The notes under the pieces were generated by a model. It was not told the origin of the DNA, ran no database searches, and saw only the letters and a program-made list of their open reading frames with translations. Below, piece by piece: positions 9,479 to 18,685 of a stretch of 64,000 nucleotides of DNA; positions within the stretch are counted from its first letter, which is position 1, and every line of letters begins with the position of its first letter. Where the stretch lies: positions 15,519 through 79,518 of the forward strand of contig JACPEK010000001.1 in the NCBI GenBank assembly GCA_016183535.1, written 5' to 3'. The translations under genes were made by a program, and so were the position numbers. Origin of the DNA: Candidatus Brennerbacteria bacterium. GTDB taxonomy: Bacteria; Patescibacteriota; Minisyncoccia; UBA6257; GWB1-50-10.

Positions 9479-11998
9479 CTACTTCTCATGGCACTTCTTA
9501 TATTTCTTCCCTGAGCCGCACCAACACGGGTCATTCCTTCCTATGTCTTTCATTTCGGGCGGCGGTGCAACTCTCTGTGGCATTACTCTCATAAGGTCAA
9601 CCTCCAGCACCTGAAAAATGTTTCCGGCGACCATTGTCTCAAACCGACTCTCGAGCCGCTTGAAGAGCGTATGCGCTTCGCGGCGGTATTCCACAAGCGG
9701 TTCGTGTTGGGCGTACGCCCGGATGTTCACTGTCTCGCGGAGTCCCTCGAGATTTTCCAAGTGATCCACCCAAAGCATATCCAAAAGACGCACAAGATGT
9801 TGAGCCGTGAATGCCGCTCGTTCCGAATCCAACATTTCCGGGAGCTTTGCGATCTTTTCTTCGAGCGCGGTAAATGATTTTTCCGCCTCGGCGATATTAT
9901 CCATTCCTTCGCCCTTACTTAACAATTCTCGAGAATTGTTTAACGCTTTCCTCCCCTCCTCCACAAAACGCGAAAGGAGTTCTTTTATCGTCAGAACAAA
10001 CTCCTTTCCATCCGCCTTCAAAAATCTCTCGCGCTTTGCGTAGAACGCGGCGCGCTGTTTATTGAGCACGTCGTCGAAGTCCAGGAGATGCTTTCGGATG
10101 TCAAAGTTCATCCCTTCCACCTTTTCCTGCGCCTGGTTTACCGCTTTCGTCACGAGGCCCGATTCAATCGGTATGTCGTCCGGCACATCGAAAGTCTCCA
10201 TCATTCTCTTGATGCGTTCTCCGCCGAAGATGCGAAGCAGGTCGTCTTCCAAGGAGAGGAAGAACTGCGTGGAGCCGGGGTCGCCTTGTCGCCCGGAACG
10301 GCCGCGGAGCTGGTTGTCGATGCGTCGCGCCTCGTGCCGCTCGGTGCCGATCACGTGGAGGCCTCCCACGTCCATCACCTTTCGACTCTGTTCAGGGTCT
10401 TGGGGGTTTCCTCCTAAGACAATGTCCACGCCGCGTCCCGCCATGTTCGTCGCTACCGTCACCGCGTCTTTCCGTCCTGCCTGTGCGATAATGGCACCCT
10501 CGCGTTCATTGTTCTTCGCGTTCAAAATTTCATGCGGGATGCCTGCCTTCGCAAGCCGCGCCGCGATTTCCTCGTTCTGCACAATCGAGGTGGTGCCAAG
10601 GAGTACCGGCTGACCTTTTTCCTGCCGCGCCTTTACTTCTCTCACCACCGCATCGTATTTCGCATCCTTCGTTTTGTAGATCACATCCGGCACATCTTTC
10701 CTTACGAGCAAACGATTCGGCGGGATCGGTACAACCTCGAGGTTATAGACTTTATGGAACTCCTCGGCGGAGGTTGCGGCGGTGCCGGTCATACCCGCAA
10801 TTTTTTTGTAGAGACGGAAATAGTTTTGGATGGTGATCTGCGCGTACGTGCGGTTCTCTTCCCGTACCAAAACCCCTTCCTTCGCCTCGATGGCTTGGTG
10901 GAGTCCGCCCGAATAACGGCGGCCGTGGAGAATGCGCCCGGTGAACTGATCCACAATCAGCACTTCACCGCTTTTTACCATGTAATCGCGGTCGAGTTTA
11001 AAAAGAGCTTTTGCCTTGAGCGATTCCTCGAGGAAGTGCACGAGACGACTATGTTCGGGTGCGTAGAGGTTTTCTATTTTTAATATTTTCTCCACCTTCT
11101 CGATTCCCTCGTTCGTGATATTTACCGTACGCTGTTTCTCGTCCGCGATATAATCCGTTTCCGCGATGAGGCCCGCCGCCACCTTCGCGAATACTTTATA
11201 AAATTCGCTTGATTGCACATCGGGCGCCGCGATGATTAAAGGCGTCCGTGCCTCGTCTATCAGGATCGAATCAACTTCGTCGATCACGGCATAGTGGTGG
11301 CTCCGCTGGACGCGGTCGGCGAGACGAAGCGCGAGATTGTCGCGAAGGAAGTCGAACCCAAACTCATGGTTGGTGCCATAGGTGATGTCGGCCGTATACG
11401 CTTCTTTCCGCGACACGGGCCGCAGAAATTCCTCGAACACCTTGAAGCTTCCGAATGTATCGCGTTTCTTATCGAGCTCATTCTGCGCGGTCGTGTAGGA
11501 TGGGTCGTAGACGTAGGCGGCGTCGTGCACGAGGCACGCGACCGACACGCCGAGCATATGGTAGATTTGTCCCATCCACACCGCATCGCGTTTTGCGAGG
11601 TAGTCGTTCACAGTGACAATATGCACGCCTTCCCCCGCGAGCGCGTTCAGATATGCGGGCGCGGTTGCCGCCAAAGTTTTTCCCTCTCCCGTCATCATCT
11701 CGGCGATTTTTCCCTCGTGGAGCACCATGCCGCCCATGAGCTGAACGTCATAGTGGCGCTGTTTCAAAGTGCGTTTTGCCGCTTCACGAACAAGCGAAAA
11801 CGCTCCAGGAAGCGCCTCTCCGAGCGCCGCTTCGCCGCTCCCTCCATTCAAAATTTTTTCACGAAGATCCCGCGATCTCTTTTTTAGTTCTTCGTCCGAA
11901 AGTGAAGAAACCGCCGTTTCCTCGGCGTTTACGATTTCTATGGCCGTGCGGAGACGTCCATAGATGCGATTTTCAAATAGTTTGGAGAAAATAGACAC
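9479..11998 (-). CDS. secA: preprotein translocase ATPase SecA
   Basis: 839-aa ORF; DEAD-like motor, ..MTGEGKTL.., C-terminal zinc motif CWCGSGKKYKKCH. Confidence 0.95.
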   Translation of the reverse strand: MSIFSKLFENRIYGRLRTAIEIVNAEETAVSSLSDEELKKRSRDLREKILNGGSGEAALGEALPGAFSLVREAAKRTLKQRHYDVQLMGGMVLHEGKIAEMMTGEGKTLAATAPAYLNALAGEGVHIVTVNDYLAKRDAVWMGQIYHMLGVSVACLVHDAAYVYDPSYTTAQNELDKKRDTFGSFKVFEEFLRPVSRKEAYTADITYGTNHEFGFDFLRDNLALRLADRVQRSHHYAVIDEVDSILIDEARTPLIIAAPDVQSSEFYKVFAKVAAGLIAETDYIADEKQRTVNITNEGIEKVEKILKIENLYAPEHSRLVHFLEESLKAKALFKLDRDYMVKSGEVLIVDQFTGRILHGRRYSGGLHQAIEAKEGVLVREENRTYAQITIQNYFRLYKKIAGMTGTAATSAEEFHKVYNLEVVPIPPNRLLVRKDVPDVIYKTKDAKYDAVVREVKARQEKGQPVLLGTTSIVQNEEIAARLAKAGIPHEILNAKNNEREGAIIAQAGRKDAVTVATNMAGRGVDIVLGGNPQDPEQSRKVMDVGGLHVIGTERHEARRIDNQLRGRSGRQGDPGSTQFFLSLEDDLLRIFGGERIKRMMETFDVPDDIPIESGLVTKAVNQAQEKVEGMNFDIRKHLLDFDDVLNKQRAAFYAKRERFLKADGKEFVLTIKELLSRFVEEGRKALNNSRELLSKGEGMDNIAEAEKSFTALEEKIAKLPEMLDSERAAFTAQHLVRLLDMLWVDHLENLEGLRETVNIRAYAQHEPLVEYRREAHTLFKRLESRFETMVAGNIFQVLEVDLMRVMPQRVAPPPEMKDIGRNDPCWCGSGKKYKKCHEK

Positions 11999-12148
11999 CT
12001 TCCGGTTTTGGTATGGATTCCACTTAAGAAGTCGGGAAGCGAAAGCGACTACGGCGGTTGACTCCGATTTTTGTTGTTGTTAAACGAGTGCACAATCCGT
12101 AGCCGCTCCCGCTTCCCCACCCCTGATTCAGGATATCTCCGATGGACC

Positions 12149-12180
12149 TAAAAAGAAACCCGCCCCCTTGCGGAGACGGG
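12149..12180 (-). terminator. intrinsic terminator for rmuC (CCCGTCTCCGCAAGGGGGCGGG hairpin + TTTCTTTTT on minus strand)
   Basis: G:U-containing hairpin then U-tract read on minus strand, downstream of rmuC stop. Confidence 0.5.
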
Positions 12181-12295
12181 AATCGGGCTTTTCCTTGGAT
12201 TTCCCCGCCTCCCCTTGCGGGGCGTTGGGGACAAGGAAAATCACTCGTTTAACGTTTGGGAGTATAGCACGGTCGGTTTCAAAAGTAAAGTCTTC

Positions 12296-13378
12296 TTATT
12301 CTTCCCCTACTTCCGCGAAAAAGTCCTCGTGTGCGCCTTCGCTTGGCGCCTCGATCTCCATCGGCTTGATACCCGCGGCTTCGCCAGTGATGCGGAGCAC
12401 GTCCTTGTCTATCTTTCCGAGTTCTTTCGAGGCTTTGTTGTAAGACGATACCGTCATGCCGAGGTTTTTCCCCACTTTTCCGATGTGTTCCTGGTACGCG
12501 AGGAGGTGTTTTCCAAGCTTTTCCACTTGTCCGATTATCACATTCGCCTGCTCCGATATTTTCTGATTACGAAGCCCTTGGAGCACCGTCTGGAGATATG
12601 CGAGGAACGACGTGGGTGAGACGATGATAACCTTCCGCGAACCCGCGTAGGTAACGAGGGAATTGGTGTCATCGGCGACCGCGCCCACCTTGTTGATGAG
12701 AAGATCGTAATAGACCGCTTCGGAAGGAATGAACATGAAGGCAAAGTCCATCGTTTCCTCTTCCGGCTTTACATACTTTGAGGTTTCGTCGATGCGGTTC
12801 TTGAGATCACCGACAAATGCGGATTCATAACGTTTGCGGTCTGCGGGATCGCGCGCTTCTAAGATGCGGTTGTAGTTTTCGAGTGAAAATTTTGAATCTA
12901 TCGGAATGATCCGTTTATCCACTTTCACAACGGCGTCCACAATCACTCCGTCCGAAAACGGATACTGCATTTCATACGACCCCGGCGGGAGCACATTCTT
13001 CAAAACCGTTTCAAGATAATACTCGCCCAGAATTCCCCGTTGTTTTGGATTTTTCAGAATATCCTGGAGGTTTTTGAGCTGATCCGCAAAACTCACCACT
13101 TGCTTATTCGTCTCCTGAAGGCGCGTGAGGTTTTCTGTTACGTCCTTCACGATTTTCGCGCTCTCGCTGAACTGTTCCCGAATGGCCTTCGTGGACTCAC
13201 CGAGCTTCATATCGAGCGTGCGCCGGAGCTCGGCGAGTTGGTTTTGGAGGAGTACCATTGCCTGCGACTCCGCCTCCGGACTTTTTTTCTGTTTCAACGC
13301 GCTCCAAAGCGCGTAAAAACCTCCCGCAAAAACAAGCGTGAGAAGAAGAAGGAAAATATCGGAAAATGTCATATCCAT
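12296..13378 (-). CDS. rmuC: DNA recombination protein RmuC
   Basis: 360-aa ORF, N-terminal TM, coiled coil, RmuC-family C-terminal region. Confidence 0.8.
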   Translation of the reverse strand: MDMTFSDIFLLLLTLVFAGGFYALWSALKQKKSPEAESQAMVLLQNQLAELRRTLDMKLGESTKAIREQFSESAKIVKDVTENLTRLQETNKQVVSFADQLKNLQDILKNPKQRGILGEYYLETVLKNVLPPGSYEMQYPFSDGVIVDAVVKVDKRIIPIDSKFSLENYNRILEARDPADRKRYESAFVGDLKNRIDETSKYVKPEEETMDFAFMFIPSEAVYYDLLINKVGAVADDTNSLVTYAGSRKVIIVSPTSFLAYLQTVLQGLRNQKISEQANVIIGQVEKLGKHLLAYQEHIGKVGKNLGMTVSSYNKASKELGKIDKDVLRITGEAAGIKPMEIEAPSEGAHEDFFAEVGEE

Positions 13379-13382
13379 CTCT

Positions 13383-13727
13383 CTAATTTACCGCAACAAT
13401 AGTGCCTATGCTGACGAGGAGGACGAACATGAGGAGTACATTCACGCCGCCGAAGAGATACGAAAGTTCACGGGAGCGGTCATAGAACACTTCAGCAAGA
13501 AACAAGTTGACCGCCGCGACCGCGATGCCGAGTCCCCAGAGCGTTGCCACGTCGCCGCGGGTTCCGAAAAGATCGGCGCCTTTGAGCGAGACGAAATGAA
13601 GCGTTACGCGCGAAGGAAAACCGTTCCAGTGGAGAAATAATATAAGACCGGCGATGCCGGAGAAAATCGCGCTCGCGACGGCAAGCGCGGTAAGCGGTTT
13701 TGTTGTAAACGTCTTGATCTTTTTCAT
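13383..13727 (-). CDS. hypothetical membrane protein (3 TM)
   Basis: 114-aa hydrophobic ORF overlapping alr stop by 4 nt. Confidence 0.45.
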   Translation of the reverse strand: MKKIKTFTTKPLTALAVASAIFSGIAGLILFLHWNGFPSRVTLHFVSLKGADLFGTRGDVATLWGLGIAVAAVNLFLAEVFYDRSRELSYLFGGVNVLLMFVLLVSIGTIVAVN

Positions 13728-14869
13728 ATTACAGTGCGCCGAAGGTGGGCCGGTATGCGAACGAGCGTCTCATAAGGGATCGTACCACACTCGCGTGCGA
13801 TCCGCTCGATTGAATTTACATCGGCGGGATGGTCGCTTATCACCGTTACCGAATCCCCGATCGCGACCTCTCCCGCATGGGTAACATCGCAGAGTGATAT
13901 ATTCATGCTCACATATCCTACAAGAGGCGCCACTTGCCCGTTGAGCAGGAACGCGCCGCGCGACGAAAGACGTCGGTCAATTCCCTCGAAATATCCCACG
14001 GGAACCGTGGCGATTTTCATCGCATGCGGAGCGATAAACGCCGCTCCATAACCTGCAGTGTCGCCTTTCTTCAGTATACGCAGGTCGCTCACCACGGATC
14101 GCATGCGGAGCGCAGGTTCGAATTCCATGGCGAGATTTCCCGGGTTGATGCCATAGAGTGCGATCCCCGGTCGTCCTACATTCGCAATAATGTCGGGGGT
14201 ATGCGCAAAACCCGCGGAGTTGGCGATGTGGTAGAAGCGGATAGAGGGAAGTTCTTCATGTATGCGCCGCGCAATAATATTCCATCGCGTTATCTGCGTT
14301 TCGGTGATTGTCGAATTGGGCGTGCTCGCATCGGCGAAATGGGAAAGGATGCCCTCGACATTCAATTTCTTTTCTCCCTCTTTCATGAGACGCAACGCTT
14401 TGCCCAACTTATCGAACGGGATGCCCTGGCGATGCATACCAGTATCGAATTTTACGTGAATGGATTGTCGCGTGCCGTGCGCCGCAAGCGTTGCGAGCTG
14501 TTCGAGCGAGCCCACGACAAAAGAGGCTCCTCTCCATCGGTTGCGCTCGATCGCTTCGAGGGAAGAGTGCCCAAGGATAAGGAGTGGAGCGCGGATGCCT
14601 TCGCGACGGATCATTTCGGCTTCGAAATACGAATCCACGCAAAGAAACGGTATATGTTCGACGTGTTCCAAGATGCCGGCGACGGCACAAAGTCCGTGTC
14701 CGTATGCATTGCTTTTAAGAACAGGCGCAATTTGCCACTGGGGCGCGAGCCTTTTAAGGGTGTCGAGGTTATGGCGCAACGCGCGTTCTTTTATCTCTAT
14801 TGTGATGAGGGGATGCCAAGGCCGCAATGATTTTTTCCAGTTCCGCAGGTTTGAAAGTAAACGGCGCAT
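13724..14869 (-). CDS. alr: alanine racemase
   Basis: 381-aa ORF; PLP site ..VLKSNAYGHG.. Confidence 0.9.
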   Translation of the reverse strand: MRRLLSNLRNWKKSLRPWHPLITIEIKERALRHNLDTLKRLAPQWQIAPVLKSNAYGHGLCAVAGILEHVEHIPFLCVDSYFEAEMIRREGIRAPLLILGHSSLEAIERNRWRGASFVVGSLEQLATLAAHGTRQSIHVKFDTGMHRQGIPFDKLGKALRLMKEGEKKLNVEGILSHFADASTPNSTITETQITRWNIIARRIHEELPSIRFYHIANSAGFAHTPDIIANVGRPGIALYGINPGNLAMEFEPALRMRSVVSDLRILKKGDTAGYGAAFIAPHAMKIATVPVGYFEGIDRRLSSRGAFLLNGQVAPLVGYVSMNISLCDVTHAGEVAIGDSVTVISDHPADVNSIERIARECGTIPYETLVRIPAHLRRTVI

Positions 14870-15040
14870 GGCGAAAAGTTAGTTTTGGTGGAATTATATA
14901 ACTCTGCTCGAACATTTTTTGAACGGAACCGACCGCCTCCGCTTCGCTCCGGCGGAACGCTCGGGCGCGGCGGAATTACCCCCACACCCCCCCCTTCCGC
15001 CGCGCCCTCGCTTGGCTTCGCAAATTTTTTGGCGGGCAAT

Positions 15041-16024
15041 CTATTGAGCGGGCTTCAACTTCTGCTGTGGTTGTGGCCCGATGAAAACTTGCTGAAATTG
15101 TTTACCCCACGATACGCCGTGTGCACTCTCGTAGAGTTTAACAAATGGGCTGACATTGAAAAAGCCGTTGAGCAAAATATATGCTTCCCACAGCAAATCT
15201 TGAAGTGTCTCGTCCGCAAGTTCTATTTTCAAGCCAAACTCGGAGAGTTTATCCATTGATAGCGGACGAGAGTGCAATAAATGCTTGTCATAGTCCGAAA
15301 AGTAGTTTACTGCTTTTCGGATTTTGCCAACGGCTTTTTTATCGCCTTTGAACATATATCGCTTAAGCCATGTTGATACAAGTTCACGCGATAGCTTTTC
15401 CGAATCTTCGCAAAGTTCCAAAAGATCGAGTGAGTATTTTTCGATGAGCGGGATATAAGCGGGAAGCGTTTCCGGGCCTTCCTTTGCGATACGCTCTTTA
15501 ACTTTTTCAAAACCGCGTTTAATCGAGCGAGCGGGGATGCCGTTGATTTGCGGGTCAATCGGCCCAAGCGTTCCGCTTGGATGCAAAACAATGTTGTTTC
15601 CCGAAAGCGCAAGCATTGTGGCCGCAGAATAAGCCGAGTGCGGAATCAGAAAATTTACCTCGTCGAATTTCCCGCGCAAGAGGCCAACAAGCCGTTCTGT
15701 CGCGTCTGGCCGCCCGCCGGGGCTATGCAATAAAACATCAACGGAGCCGTTTCCTTTTACGGAGTTGATAAGGTCGGTAAAGCCGTCTACATCAGATAAA
15801 TCAATAAAGTTTGGCGCGCCTTGCGGTACGCCTTCCAAAAACTTTGTCGCATAAACCAAAAGCGGGCGGCCACGATGCTTTTCAATTTCCTCGTAGCAAA
15901 CTTTTCGGAGCGCAAATAAATCTTGTCCGGTCGTTCTTTGACCGGACTGTTGCGCTTGGCCGATAAAATCGTTCCAGTCCTGCGCTGTCTTAAATTTTTT
16001 GCGCTGTGGTTGAGGCGACTCCAT
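15041..16024 (-). CDS. SDH-family (serine dehydrogenase proteinase, S49/ClpP-fold) serine peptidase
   Basis: 327-aa ORF; ..VLLHSPGG..HSAYSAATMLALSG.. ClpP/SppA-like nucleophile region; AT-richer than flanks. Confidence 0.55.
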   Translation of the reverse strand: MESPQPQRKKFKTAQDWNDFIGQAQQSGQRTTGQDLFALRKVCYEEIEKHRGRPLLVYATKFLEGVPQGAPNFIDLSDVDGFTDLINSVKGNGSVDVLLHSPGGRPDATERLVGLLRGKFDEVNFLIPHSAYSAATMLALSGNNIVLHPSGTLGPIDPQINGIPARSIKRGFEKVKERIAKEGPETLPAYIPLIEKYSLDLLELCEDSEKLSRELVSTWLKRYMFKGDKKAVGKIRKAVNYFSDYDKHLLHSRPLSMDKLSEFGLKIELADETLQDLLWEAYILLNGFFNVSPFVKLYESAHGVSWGKQFQQVFIGPQPQQKLKPAQ

Positions 16025-16223
16025 ACTGGTTTATTTCAAAATTCAGCGTTGAACCAGTCGCCGTCTTAAAAGCCGGTTTTCTGCCCAGCGCAACATCCGC
16101 CCGATCAATTAGGTCGGTCGTTTCTTTATAGCGGTCGTATGACTTTATGGCTTCCTCGTTCTGCTTCAGAACCTTTTTTGAAGCCACTTTTGTTATCAAT
16201 TTTTGAGGGGTTTTCTTAGCCAT
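15990..16223 (-). CDS. hypothetical small protein (77 aa) upstream of, and overlapping, the SDH peptidase
   Basis: ORF overlaps peptidase start by 35 nt; no known family. Confidence 0.3.
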   Translation of the reverse strand: MAKKTPQKLITKVASKKVLKQNEEAIKSYDRYKETTDLIDRADVALGRKPAFKTATGSTLNFEINQYGVASTTAQKI

Positions 16224-16434
16224 AGTGTTTATACTATACCAAATATAATAGACGGATTCAATGAAGATTTAGTTACTATCTTCCTCGTATTTGTCCATTT
16301 CTCCAAAGAAATCTTTGGCTCGAACCTGCGCTTGGCGAGCCGCGCTGTGCGCGGCGAGCCAGTGTCTCCATACCTTTCCGCGCTTCGCGCGGCCGAATCG
16401 GTCGGGCAAAAATCGGAAAGTTTGATATTGGTGC
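16203..16434 (+). mobile_element. relic of a tRNA-targeting serine-recombinase element (last ~35 codons of the recombinase plus att-like junction at tRNA-Gly)
   Basis: 27-bp identity CCAAAGAAATCTTTGGCTCGAACCTGC (16303-16329) with 43138-43164; encoded ..FSKEIFGSNLRL.. matches recombinase C-termini; TGGTGC core at 16429-16434 abuts tRNA 3' end. Confidence 0.45.
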
Positions 16435-16502
16435 GGAATACGGGAATCGAACCCGTGCTTCTTGCTTGGGAAGCAAGCGTACTGCCACTATACGAATTCC
16501 GC
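16429..16502 (-). tRNA. tRNA-Gly (anticodon CCC)
   Basis: Cloverleaf GCGGAAT..loop TTCCCAA..TTCGATT..ATTCCGC-A-CCA read on minus strand; CCA encoded. Confidence 0.85.
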
Positions 16503-16521
16503 AAAGATGTCACATTGTGTC

Positions 16522-16821
16522 TTACTCCGTACTGGTTGCGGTCGAGGAGCTTTTCGGCGAAGGCGAGACGAGAATAATAAGCTTCTCGTCCGCCGCGCGG
16601 TAATTAAACTGCTCTTTGAGCGCTTTGACAAGATTTTGCTCGTTCTCATAGTACGCGTTGTCGGCCTCAAGCCCGCGGTTCTCCTCCTCGAGCCCGCCGA
16701 GTTCCACGCGAAGCGTGTCCGCCGTATCGCCCACCTTTCCCTTTTCCGCGACTATGCCGTAAACACCCCACCCGAGGAATGCGATGAGAACGATGAATAT
16801 GAGATAGCGCCACGAACCCAT
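16522..16821 (-). CDS. septum formation initiator family protein (FtsB/DivIC-like)
   Basis: 99-aa ORF: N-terminal TM then coiled coil ..LGGLEEENRGLEADNAYYENEQ.. Confidence 0.5.
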   Translation of the reverse strand: MGSWRYLIFIVLIAFLGWGVYGIVAEKGKVGDTADTLRVELGGLEEENRGLEADNAYYENEQNLVKALKEQFNYRAADEKLIILVSPSPKSSSTATSTE

Positions 16822-16856
16822 GATTAAATAAGTAAGAGTGAAGCGAATAGAATAAA

Positions 16857-18668
16857 TTATTTTTTGAGCAATTCCTTAAAGACCGATGGTGCTATTTGTA
16901 CTTCACCCCGCGCTTTGAGACGTTCTTTTCCCCGCTTCTGTTTCTTCCACAGTTTCATTTTCCGCGTTCTATCCCCGCCGTAGAGATACCCCGTGACATC
17001 CTTTTTTAACGCGGAGATATCGTCACGCGCGATAATCCGTCCTTCCGCCGAGGCTTGGAGCGCCTGCGCAAACTGCTGTTTTGGAAGGAGCTCTTTCAAC
17101 CGCGCGAGCATCTGCCGCGCTTCCCGTTCGTGCGCGCTCCGAGGGAAAAAACGCGAAAGTCCCGGCACGCGCGCGCCCGCCACAAGAATGTCCACCTTCA
17201 CCACGTCCGCCGATTGGTACGCTCCGTGTTGGTAGCTAAATGAGGCATATCCTTTGGTCGCCGATTTCAGCTGATCGTCAAAATCCGACACGAGCTCGGC
17301 GAGCGGCATTACGGCGGTGATTTCTGCGCGATCCTCAACGATTTTCGTCTCGACGCTCGTCATGCGGAATTTTTTTTGGAGCGGGAGCACGTTTCCCAAC
17401 TCCGACGCGGGAAGCAATATTAAAAGCTCCACGGTTGGTTCTTCCGCGCTTTTTGCGTCCTCCGGAAAATCTTCCGCCGACTGGATCACTTTCCATTCGT
17501 CTTTCACTTTTACGCGATAGGCCACCGAAGGGAACGTGGTGATGACTTGTACATTGAACTCTCGCCGCAAACGTTCCGTCGCGATCTCGAAGTGGAGACG
17601 ACCCAGAAAACCAACCTGGTACCCGCGCCCCAGCATTTCATTTTGGTCCGGTTTAATAGAAAGCGCGGCATCGTTCAATTTGAGTTTCTCGAGGGCTTTT
17701 GTGAGAAGCTCGTGCTCGTCCGCATCTTCCGGATAGAACGACACAAACACCACGGGTCGCGCCTCTTCGTAGCCAGGAAGCGCATTCAGGATTGGGCCTC
17801 CTTGTTTTACAACTACAATTGTGTCTCCGATACGCACATTGTGAGGCTCGCGAATCCCCGTGGCGACATACCCTATCATTCCAGCCGTAAGCGGTGCGGC
17901 GCTCGTGGTAAGTTCGGGCGCGAAATATCCGATTTCCTTCACCTGCGCGGACGCGTTAGTCGCAAGAAGCCGCGCCATATCCCCCTTTGCGATTGCGCCT
18001 TCGAACACGCGCACGGAAGCGACTACGCCTTTATGGTCATCATAGAATGAATCGAAAATCAACGCTTTCGTGGTTGATAATCGATCGTCAGTGATTGAAA
18101 TCTTTGGAGGAGGGATTTTTTGAATGATGGCCTCCAAAAGTTCTTGCACGCCCTCTCCTGTTTTACCAGAGACTGAAAATATTTCATCCGGAGAACAGTT
18201 TAAAAGTTTTCCTACATCTCGCTTAATCGCCTCGATCCTCTCCGCGCCGCGCGCATCACGAAGCGCGAGATCCACCTTATTTACCGCGCCAACGAGCGTG
18301 AGACCTTCCTTCTTCGCCGCAAGAAGGTTCGCCAAAGTTTGTGCCTGTATGCCCTGCGTGGCATCCACAAGTAAAATACCTCCCTCCACCGCGTGGAGCG
18401 CCCGCGAGACCTCGTACGAGAAATCCGAGTGGCCAGGGGTATCTATCAAATTCAGAATATATTCCGAATCGAATCGTCGATAAACCATGCGCACGGGCGC
18501 CATCTTGATGGTAATGCCCCGCTCCCGCTCGAGCTCCAGTTGGTCCAAGTACTGCGCTTTCATCCGCCGCGCTTCCACCGTTCTCGTCACTTCAAGAAAA
18601 CGATCGGCAAGAGTGGATTTGCCGTGGTCGATATGGGCGATAATAACAAAATTTCTTATATGATTCAT
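16857..18668 (-). CDS. lepA: translation elongation factor 4 (LepA)
   Basis: 603-aa ORF; G-domain AHIDHGKSTL, DTPGH, NKVD; LepA C-terminal domain. Confidence 0.95.
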   Translation of the reverse strand: MNHIRNFVIIAHIDHGKSTLADRFLEVTRTVEARRMKAQYLDQLELERERGITIKMAPVRMVYRRFDSEYILNLIDTPGHSDFSYEVSRALHAVEGGILLVDATQGIQAQTLANLLAAKKEGLTLVGAVNKVDLALRDARGAERIEAIKRDVGKLLNCSPDEIFSVSGKTGEGVQELLEAIIQKIPPPKISITDDRLSTTKALIFDSFYDDHKGVVASVRVFEGAIAKGDMARLLATNASAQVKEIGYFAPELTTSAAPLTAGMIGYVATGIREPHNVRIGDTIVVVKQGGPILNALPGYEEARPVVFVSFYPEDADEHELLTKALEKLKLNDAALSIKPDQNEMLGRGYQVGFLGRLHFEIATERLRREFNVQVITTFPSVAYRVKVKDEWKVIQSAEDFPEDAKSAEEPTVELLILLPASELGNVLPLQKKFRMTSVETKIVEDRAEITAVMPLAELVSDFDDQLKSATKGYASFSYQHGAYQSADVVKVDILVAGARVPGLSRFFPRSAHEREARQMLARLKELLPKQQFAQALQASAEGRIIARDDISALKKDVTGYLYGGDRTRKMKLWKKQKRGKERLKARGEVQIAPSVFKELLKK

Positions 18669-18685
18669 GATGTTGTTTTTTATTC

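Noticed and set aside
16203-16577. 124-aa plus-strand ORF and 94/70-aa minus ORFs covering tRNA-Gly
   Set aside because: They read through or antisense to the tRNA. The plus ORF is the fossil 3' end of a recombinase gene fused in frame to tRNA antisense, not a functional gene
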